Assembly: GCA_951406725.2 (NCBI GenBank)
Contig: OX597817.1
Coordinates: 60,264,001 to 60,328,000, forward strand
Length of the DNA: 64,000 nucleotides
Reading direction: 5' to 3'
Source: Octopus vulgaris
Taxonomy: Eukaryota
Position 1 is the first letter of the stretch. Every line of letters begins with the position of its first letter. Below are positions 54,835 through 64,000 of this stretch, in pieces. A program made the translations under genes and the position numbers. The notes beneath the pieces are model-generated. The model searched no databases. It saw only the letters and a list, made by a program, of their open reading frames with translations, and was not told the DNA's origin.

Positions 54835-56420
54835 TCCTAAATCACGTTCCAGAAAGAGTGGATAAAGAGACGCTCCTGGTTAGTTTTGACGTAACCAGTT
54901 CCCATTCAAATATCCCCCATGGATTAGGATTAGAAGCAGAAAAATTTTGGGCAGACAAATACCCTCACAGAATTCAGCAGAGATTCTTGAAAGAATTCGC
55001 TTGAAAAAAAAGCAACTTCCTCATACGTCTTGCACCAGGAATAAATGAGTTTTTCTTTGACAACCAATATTACCTTCAAATCCATGGCACTTGAAGGATT
55101 ACTGTTGGTTCTTGGAAATAACTGCTTTGAGAACCAGTATTAGCTTCAAATATAAGGCGGCGAGCTGGCAGAATCGTTAGTTCGCCGGATAAAATGCTTA
55201 TCAGTATTTCGTCCGTCTTTACGTTTTTAGATCAAATTCTGCAGAGATCGACTTTGCCTTTCATACTTTCGGGATCGATAGAATAAGTACTAGTTGAGCG
55301 TTGGGGGTCGATTTAATCGACTTAGCCCTTCGGAATTAGTTTTGATTCTATTTGGTGAGAAACTGGAATCGATTCCTGATGGCTGCTTTATATTGTAAGG
55401 AAAACCTTAGAAGATTCATTAGAATTAATTAATAACATTCTCAAATCGTTTCAATTCACCATGGAAATAAATAAAAGATGGTTTCCTGTTTTGGATATCC
55501 TGATAATTAAAGAAAATAAGATGCTTAAAACTGATCTCAGTTGCAAGGAAACGGACGCACACAATATTTAGATTTTATATCTTGCCACTCATTCCATTCA
55601 ACATGGCAAGGTGTAATATTCACGGAGGCAAGTAGACAAGAGAGACAACTGGTAGAACTAAATATATTCCTTTAGAAACAATAATAGCCCCCGAAACGCT
55701 TAGTAAATGGTATCATAAACAAAGCAGAAGAGATCTCAAACTCTGGCTTTCGGAAAAAAACATTCTAAATGAGGATGAAGAAGAAAAAAACGTAAATGTA
55801 AATATTCCAGTTGTATCCATCCGTAATTTCAGACACCAACTTAGATTCGGCCAAACGAATTCTACACCAACCATCAAAGCTCAGGAAAATAATTTAAAAT
55901 AAAAATTACAAATGATCAACAGTGGAAGACAACCACTAAATCTTAAAATACTCATAAGAAAGGCAAAAATTACACCAGAAGAAGAAATAATGCAGCTGAG
56001 AAGCAGTGGGGACCTTCATTAGGAGACTTGTGAAATAATTTAAAGAGGGGAAAGCCAAAAAAATGCCAAGAATGGGAAGGAATTGAAGGTTAATGCAAAT
56101 ATGAATTGTGAAAAAAAAAAAATTCATCTACTAATCACATGCAATGCAATGAGAATTATATCTGCCATAAGCAGTCAAAATTAATAGATCAGATTAGAGT
56201 ACCTAAACAACAAATCAACGATCATCTCTAAGAAATGTTCCTTGTAATGAACATCAGCACATTTGTACAAAGGAAAAACGATCAATTACGGAATAAAAGA
56301 ACTGAAAAACAAATTATAAGAAATCAGAAATACTGAATAGCAATACTAAAATCAACTTTCTCTATACAGAATCTGACGTGCGTGTCTGAAGAACTAAACA
56401 GTGAACGCTCTTACACACGA
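54835..56420 (+). mobile_element. Decayed Penelope-like element (RT + GIY-YIG) interrupted by a SINE A (55156-55330)
   Basis: Reads LLVSFDVTS.HSNIPHGLGLEA..FW.DKYP, FFDNQYYLQIHGT, WNRFL, FQFTMEIN...VLDILIIK...KTD...KETD, QYLDF.SCH and NCEKK..IY..TC. Confidence 0.8.
56378..56419 (+). ncRNA. Degenerate hammerhead downstream of the PLE ORF
   Basis: gtgt-CUGAAGA-act-aaac-agt-GAA-cgctctt-acac. One A of GAAA is missing. Confidence 0.45.
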
Positions 56421-56822
56421 TGCGAAGATTTTATGCCAAAATGGTGTCACACAGGTTTTTAGAGATTTTCAGAATGATTTTTATTATCGAATTACACACA
56501 CACACAAACACACATATGCACTTGTGTGTGTGTGTGTGTACTGTGTGATTTTTATGTTAAATTACGGTTAACATTTTAAAGGTAGTTTAAGAATAACAAC
56601 TGAACATTTGCAGATGGGGAGGGAGGTGACACAAGGATGAGAGTAAATTTTATTGTAGAGTTCAAATCCTTAATGCCGTCAGGTGAAACTTGAAGTCCTA
56701 GTTATCATGAACTATCTGTGTATGTGAGTGTGTGTATGTGTGTATATATATCTAAATGTGTGCGTGAGGGTATGTATATGTATATATATATATCCACACA
56801 CACACACACACACACACACACA

Positions 56823-56861
<39 letters not shown>

Positions 56862-58283
56862 CATACACTCATACACACACATAAACATACGCACACACGT
56901 GTGTATAGGCACAAAAGAGAGGAGAGAAATAGAAATAGCGTGTCTCTTCACCCAAAGAAAATATCAAAGATGAAACACAAATATCAAAGAATCTCTATGT
57001 AAACAATGCCCCAGGTTTTGTGCTTCTGGTGCAAAGTCTTGGAAAATGTTCTACTCTCGTTTTCTGATCAATTGCAACGAACAGGAAATATTAGATTTCG
57101 TACTTTTATGATTCCGGTCAGGAATGATATCAGACTCATCTAACCCATTTTTTTCCCTGATATAACAGTTGTGAATCGTTATAGTAACCATATTACCGGA
57201 TCATAATTCAAATCCATTAAATTGTATATACATTAAACAGTTCAGATTCTCCAATCTGTGCTGTGTTGTGCATAGATAATTAAATAACTACGTTGCCAGT
57301 CAAAGTACCGTTGTGTCAATGTGACTGATCTTTTCAGTTCAGTCAACAATATTACCGTTCCTCAATGTATCCCGAAACAGAGATGAAACTAGTCAAGTCA
57401 ATCAAATCAGGTGATTTCCTCCTTAGCAACTCGGAGTTTCGACAATTGCGCTTTTTAGGTTTTGCTGGGGATATTCTCAATCGAAACCTAACGAACGCAT
57501 ATGCGAAACTCCGTGCGGCTAAGAAGTGAATCATGGACTTTATACAAATAAATAATCGCTACTGTATATAAATATATTGAATACTATTTTTTTCTACACT
57601 AAACATTGTATGTGTGTGTATATGTGTGTATTCATCTTCTTTATGCTTTGTGTATTTACCAACCCCATCACCACTATCATCACAAAGAATAAACAGCTGG
57701 CGATTCTGCTCGTTTGCATTGTGCATCATTGCTCATTTCTGCACTTCCTCTTTTCAATGCCCCCCCTCTCCACCACCACCACTACCGAAAAAAATCAACA
57801 ATAACAAGAGCATCGTTAACCTTTCTTTCGCTTCACTCTTTCTTCCTCACACTTCCGACTTCACACTTGGTGACATTAAACTTCTACTTTTCTAAGGAAA
57901 CCTTACACCTTTACATTTCCCTTTTCTCCAAACTTGCCGACGCAACGCTTTCCCATTTCAAAATATGATATTCATTGAACGTACTGTTTGTCTTTTGCTA
58001 AAACGTCTTCCATGAAGAATTATCTCAGCAAATTTCTTGGTGCTCTCGATCCTCTTCTTTTACCAAAATGAACCATCAAACGTCTGTGCCTTTCATTGAG
58101 GAATTCTTTTCGGCTCGTTACGTCATAGAAATAGATTTGATAAACAAAATACACAAGCTGTACTCATTTCACCCTCGCACCAGATACCTAAAGTTAAGCT
58201 GGTTTTAATATGTTCGCAACTTTAAAAATACCCCACGTATTATTTAATTGTCCTTTTAAGGACAGAAACTAAGTAGCAAACGA

Positions 58284-58453
58284 TTCTTCTTCTTCTTCTT
58301 CTTCTTCTTCTTCTTCTTCTTCTTCTTCTTCTTCTTCTTCTTCTTCTTCTTCTTCTTCTTCTTCTTCTTCTTCTTCTTCTTCTTCTTCTTCTTCTTCTTC
58401 TTCTTCTTCTTCTTCTTCTTCTTCTTCTTCTTCTTCTTCTTCTTCTTCTTCTT
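58284..58453. repeat. Pure (TTC)n of about 56 units
   Basis: Visible perfect repeat. Confidence 0.95.
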
Positions 58454-58574
58454 CATATTTTCTCGGATTGAGGTAACTCTTCCAGTACGTATACAGAAGC
58501 CAAAAAAAAAAAGAGTGCTATTATCAAGTGAGCTATTATCATCATCATCATCATCGTCGTCGTCGTCGTCGTCG

Positions 58575-58617
<43 letters not shown>

Positions 58618-58650
58618 TATTATTATTATTATTTTATTATCATCATTATT

Positions 58651-59075
58651 AAGGTGATGAGCTGGTCGAATCGTTACCGTGGCGGGCAAAATCCATATCG
58701 GCATTTTAACCCGTCTTCATCTTCTGAACTCAAATTCCGCCTGAGGCCGACTTTATCCTTCATCCTTTTTGGGTCGATAAAATAAGTACCAGTTGAATAC
58801 TAGGGTCGAGCTAATCCACTTACTCTTCCATCAAACCCGCTGTCTTTCTGCCAAAATTTGAAACCGTTATTATCGTTGTTGGTGTTGTTAAGGCGGTTAG
58901 TGCGCAGAATCTTTTGCTCGTCGGACAAAATGCATAGCGGCGTTTCGTCCGGTCTCTTACGCTCTAAATTCAAATTCCGTCGAGGTCCACTTCACCTTTC
59001 ACCTCTCCAAGGTCAATAAAATAAAGTTCAGGTCAAGTACTGAGATCGTCGATGTTATCGGCTGAAAATTGCTGG
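58651..59075 (+). mobile_element. Two tandem SINE family A copies
   Basis: aaggtgatgagctggtcgaatcgtt... and aaggcggttagtgcgcagaatc..., each containing tcaaattccg...gataaaataa. Confidence 0.75.
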
Positions 59076-59099
59076 CCCCCACGCTTGGATTATAGTCAG

Positions 59100-59360
59100 G
59101 TGAGGGACCTCATCACATTCTGATGAGATCTGCTACAGGGACCACGTGGCAGCACGGATGAATGGCCATCCGGTTAGGGAAGGCAACAGCATACTTGCTC
59201 CATATTTCTGCTGAGAAATCATTATGAGAAAGTCAGAACGAAGTAATGGTGTCATCTGATGGGGGACCTGATGCCGGATCAGGAGGGCTTTTGTTGTAAC
59301 GTCATCAACACCCTGCAATGGCGTTCGATTCATGGCGACGACGACGACGACGACGATGAC
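59100..59360 (+). mobile_element. RTE 3'-end relic with (GAC)n tail
   Basis: Reads HVAARMNGHPVRE...LQWRS and then a trinucleotide tail. Confidence 0.45.
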
Positions 59361-60049
59361 AACCAGGCTTGAATTAGATGCAGTTATCTCCATTAATGCA
59401 TTTCAATGCCGTAGCAAGCAGACGTGCTTCGCATGGCTCCCACTACGAGAAGAATTTTACCTGGTTTATTTAAGAAAACAAACAAACAAAAAACTAAAAC
59501 ACACACACAAAAAAAAGAAACAAAGCAGAAAAATCTTCATTTCGACTCTGGAGTATTGACAGAAGGCTTTTGGATTTAAGTCTCCACCCTATTCCGGGTG
59601 GGTGGAAAATAGATTTGTCTTTGACATTGTTTTTTTAACTGCGTGTTTCTTCTGGCAAGCAGCAATTTGTATTCTTCTTGTTTCGGTAAAGCAAGATGAT
59701 TGACATCAGGAGAAGCTACTTGACACAATGGTAGCATAAAATAACAACATCCCACAGAAAGATTTCAAAACACACACAAAAAAAGGCAGACGATATGACA
59801 TAAGAACAGGGATGCAAACATGGACAGTTATAGTCAAACATTCGGAAGAAAACAAAGAAAACTGTGACTTTTTAACGAATTTAAAATTGAATGATAAAAC
59901 AGTAACGAGAGCAACAGCAACAACAACAACAGCAACGAGTAATTTTACGAACGAGTTTGTTCTTTTAAAAGTTCTGTTAAGGCTGCGAATGACAGTTGTG
60001 GTTGTGAGAATGACGTCAGCTGGGAGAAAGAAGAATACCTGAAAAACGA

Positions 60050-60466
60050 AGGAGAGAGAGGGGGAGGGAGGCAGGAAAGTAGAGGGAGGAAGAGTAAAGG
60101 AAAAGAGAGAGAGAGAGGAAAAGAGAGAGAAAGAGAGAAAGAGAGAGAGAGAGAGGAAAGGAGAGGGAGGGAGAGTAAAGGAAAAGAGAGAGAAAGAGAG
60201 AGTGTGTGAAAGAGAATGGAGAAAGAGAAATAGGGACAGAGAAAGGAGAAAGCCAGAGATAAAGAGAGAAAGAGGAAGAGAAAGAGAGGCAGAAAGAAGA
60301 AAAAGACAGAGAATGAGTGTGAGAGAAAGAGAAAGAGAGACAGAGAAGGGAGAAAGATCGGCAGAGAGAAAGAGAGTGAGAGAAAGAGGGATAGAGCGTG
60401 AAAGAGATAGAGGTAGAGAAAGAAAGAGATAGAAAGATAGATAGAGATAGAGAAAGAGATAGAGAG

Positions 60467-60533
<67 letters not shown>
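60050..60533. repeat. Polypurine GA-rich tract
   Basis: Visible purine-only low-complexity sequence. Confidence 0.9.
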
Positions 60534-60537
<4 letters not shown>

Positions 60538-60539
60538 CT

Positions 60540-61210
60540 CCTGTCTGAGGATTTTGATCAAAATAGGGCAAGATCGAAAGTGACAAAGAATAGGGAAGAT
60601 TTTAATATGCCCCCGAAAGAGGATTTAGAATGTGCTTTAACCGAGACAAGTTGTGTATTCTGTTTAAAAAGCAGACAAATCTTAGTGCCCCACGCACCAG
60701 CTCATAGATTGGTGACCCAGCAAATAAGGAAGAGAAATACAAAGGTCACAATAAGATAGATTATTGTTGATGCGACCATTTTGCTTTGTGTCGCCTTTTT
60801 CTAATTGAAAAGGGGCAGGTGTCGAGGACAGAAGTGATTTGCAACATGTAATGAGATGGGAGTCTGCATTAAACTGTGAGTACTGAAGACGTGGAAAGAA
60901 CTGAAGGCCATTCTGAAAGTATGCCAAGTTGCAGTAGCGGTCAGAATGATGGTGTAGAATAGAGGGAGCTGTTGCCACATGCATGGATGCAAAAACCACT
61001 TAAGAACTATCTGTATAGAAGGTAAAATCTGATTGAAAAAAAAGAAGAGTATTACCAGGCAAGAATGGTAAGAACAATAACCGAAGTCTTGTAAATGCAT
61101 GTGATGGACAGGAAGATTACAGTGGCTACTGTTGAAAACACAGTACCAACATTTGCGACTCCGAAGACGGCTGGAGTATTTCTACAGGGCTTTTTGTTGG
61201 ACTTAAACAC
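60540..61210 (-). mobile_element. Highly decayed CR1-like LINE RT relic
   Basis: Minus strand remnants such as TLLFFQSD..VVFA, QFNA and HIKIFPIL occur in RT order, with many stops. Confidence 0.4.
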
Positions 61211-61754
61211 TTTCAGTACCAACCTGCTCCAAAACCAACCCTGGTTCTTTGATACTGTCTGCTTTGAAATTACTTAAGTTAAAACGTTACATAAAAGTTT
61301 CATGTTAAATTATGTTTCAGACACTAGTTTTAGAATGAGTTATTTTACTAAATATTTCAATATTTTAAAAATTAATTGCCAAAAAAAAAAAAAAGGTCGT
61401 GTATTTTGAATAGAGTTAAAGGTTAAACCGTGATAATTTTTGCCAATTTTCAAATACTGCGATTTGCCAGTGTTGATATGGACAGCAGAAAATGCTGGGG
61501 AATGGAAGAATTCCTTCGCAATTTAAGTATTTTAGAGCTATGCTTGTAATTTTGAATTGACTTTGAATTTAATGGTGTCTGCTGGAAGAGTAGGACGGAT
61601 GAAGTCCTTGTTTTTATCTTTCTTGAGCGCTTCTTTGGAAATATGTTTGGCCAGGACCTTCGTTTGTTGGATATTAAAGATTTGTATTGTGACATGGCAG
61701 ATCTGCAACGGCATTGGTTGACGTTGTTCTGTCTTTTATTGTTTATTCTTATTG

Positions 61755-61933
61755 CAGTCACTGGACTGTAGCCATGCTGGAGCATCGCCTTGAAGAGTGT
61801 AGTCCAACAATTCGGTCCAAGAACAGTTTTTTAAAAGTCTGGTACTAATTGTATCGGACCGTTTTGCCAAACCGCTAGGTTACGGTGACATAAACAAACC
61901 AACATCTGTTGTCAACTGGTGGTGACAAACACT

Positions 61934-61935
<2 letters not shown>
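61755..61935 (-). mobile_element. SINE family B, 3' half
   Basis: cagtcactggactgtagccatgctggagcatcgcc...aaccgctaggttacgg. Confidence 0.75.
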
Positions 61936-61987
<52 letters not shown>

Positions 61988-62284
61988 TACAGATACGTAC
62001 GTACACATACACGTGCACACACACACATGCACACGTACACACACATATGCACACACACACATGCACACATACACACACATACAGATACGTACGTAACGGA
62101 CACATGCACACACGCATACACGCACACACGTACATGCACACACACACACGCACACACGTACACGTATACCCCCCGACACACGTACACGGATAATTCCCCC
62201 CACACTTGTATTATTGCGATGTGAATCTCCTGAAAAATTAATTTTTAATTTCTTCAAAAATTCTTCTTTACTCTCCACATTGTG

Positions 62285-62551
62285 TAGGGTTGTCAAATTA
62301 ATTCGTTCGTTTCCGCACCACTTTCATTTAGTTTAATTCTTACCAATGTTATTTGAACTAACACGAAAAATATTTTTATTGTTATATTTTATGATGCTTT
62401 TTTTTTTGTTTTTGCAACTTTATTCTTTCTCTACAACATTTGTTCATCGCTTTTAAAATCTGAATAAATTTTGCCTCTTTTCACATCTGAAGATCGAATG
62501 GAAAAAAAGAAAAAGTAGAAAAAAGCGAATGAATTTATCGGACAACCAAAT
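62285..62551. mobile_element. Mariner-derived MITE
   Basis: Imperfect TIRs ggttgtcaaattaattcgttcg / cgaatgaatttatcggacaacc. Confidence 0.5.
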
Positions 62552-63100
62552 GTAGGAATATTTTTGTTATGAGTACACAATTATGGAGTTCCAGATGATA
62601 TTTCATTCCAGATGCTAGTTAAATTGTATGAAGATGTTGAAATTAAATTTTTATTATTGTTGTTGTAGTGGACAACATTTTCGTCCAACTATTTTTTTGT
62701 ACGGTATTTTCAACGTCAGACAATCCCGTCGTCACTTCTTATTTTGTATTGCATATCCAGAACTATTTTATGTGGCGTAAAATAAGGTCCGCTAACTGTC
62801 GTGCTAATGACGGTTATTGAGTTAGAAACACGTGTAAACGACTGTCTTCTCTCCAGACAAAACGTCTGCTCTTTCATTTAACGGAATATCAATTTTGGAG
62901 AATTCCAGATTATTCCCCCCCCCCCCAGTTCTGCTACTCGGTAATTATGACACATCTAAAGGCGGAGATAATTTTAATAAAAGCAGGAATGTATGTTGTA
63001 TAATATTTGATAGACCTGTATTTATCTAAGAAAGTTAAAGTAGGATTTGTTGCTATTTCTAACGAAATGTTTTCGTTGACTCACTTCATGATATGTGTCA

Positions 63101-63161
<61 letters not shown>

Positions 63162-63549
63162 CGTATGTAGGTAGGCACGTATGTATGTATGCCTGTATGT
63201 GAGTGTGTGTGTGTGTGTGTATGTACGTATATTGGCGTTGACGGAAATTAAGTAAGACTCGAAATCGCTAACTTTATTTACATGTGTCTCTTCTTTTTAA
63301 AATTCTTAGAATTCACTTCTGGAATTGAAGAGTTGGTTCCTCCACTGGAATTTTGACAGTAACAACTGTATAAAGTTACATGTTAAACTTCACAAAAAGT
63401 CTCATACATTTTCAGAGAATTGTTTACGGAGGGAATTTCAAGTCAAGGATATTAGGATGGGGGCGATGGATTGTTAGAATCGAAAGAGCGACGAACAAAA
63501 TGCTTTGCGGTGTTTAGTCACCTATCTTTACAAAAACAAAAACAACAGC

Positions 63550-63599
<50 letters not shown>

Positions 63600-63734
63600 C
63601 GTTGACGTCAAGGCCGACGACGGCGGCAACGAGAAGGGTTATTGTGGGTCAATGATCATACAAAGGGCATCAAATAATACGCATTCTCGAACATGTGCAC
63701 GCGTGGAAACATACGCACTCACACACATCCACAT

Positions 63735-63784
<50 letters not shown>

Positions 63785-64000
63785 ACACACACACACACAT
63801 CCACATCAACTCCCGCGTGCACGCACATATTCTTCAGCCGTCATCAACCAAGCGCCCTCCCTCTATCCTGAAGTCGGTTTGCCTCAACTCGCCAATTCCC
63901 TTTGTGTTGAACCGCATGCCTACACTCAGCCAGGCTTTTGTTTTCCGTCCATTCTCTAATATCATCAATGCACAAACATCTTTAACAGTCTCTTGCTCTA

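Noticed and set aside
61450-61745. 111-aa minus ORF, possibly a GIY-YIG remnant
   Set aside because: It starts within a SINE tail and shows only scattered similarity across frames. Not a credible gene.

Overview
Repeat-dominated, AT-rich eukaryotic non-coding DNA, most likely an intron or intergenic region of an octopus (coleoid cephalopod) genome. That assignment is inferred from the very dense microsatellites and several tRNA-derived SINE families of the octopus type. I found no host-gene exon; almost all ORFs in the track are microsatellite artefacts. Protein-like sequence comes only from decayed transposons: RTE, CR1/L2-type and R4/Dong-type LINEs, Penelope-like elements (PLEs, RT + GIY-YIG), Tc1/mariner, a hAT MITE and a probable Helitron. 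The main signal is a set of type I hammerhead ribozyme (HHR) motifs in several unrelated short repeats. One is a complete monomeric HHR inside a 477-bp partially tandem unit (5168-5749, retrozyme-like). One is a minimal HHR inside a tRNA-headed SINE with a 5' fold-back (34036-34590). Another minimal HHR family occurs at 17350 and 29399, and degenerate HHRs lie downstream of two PLE ORFs. Together these suggest a PLE-driven family of ribozyme-bearing non-autonomous retroelements. Also notable are a SINE/LINE shared 3' stem-loop with compensatory changes, a PLE GIY-YIG domain apparently split by a ~130-aa insert, and a (TAA)n-targeted non-coding element. All calls were made by eye and coordinates are approximate to a few bases.
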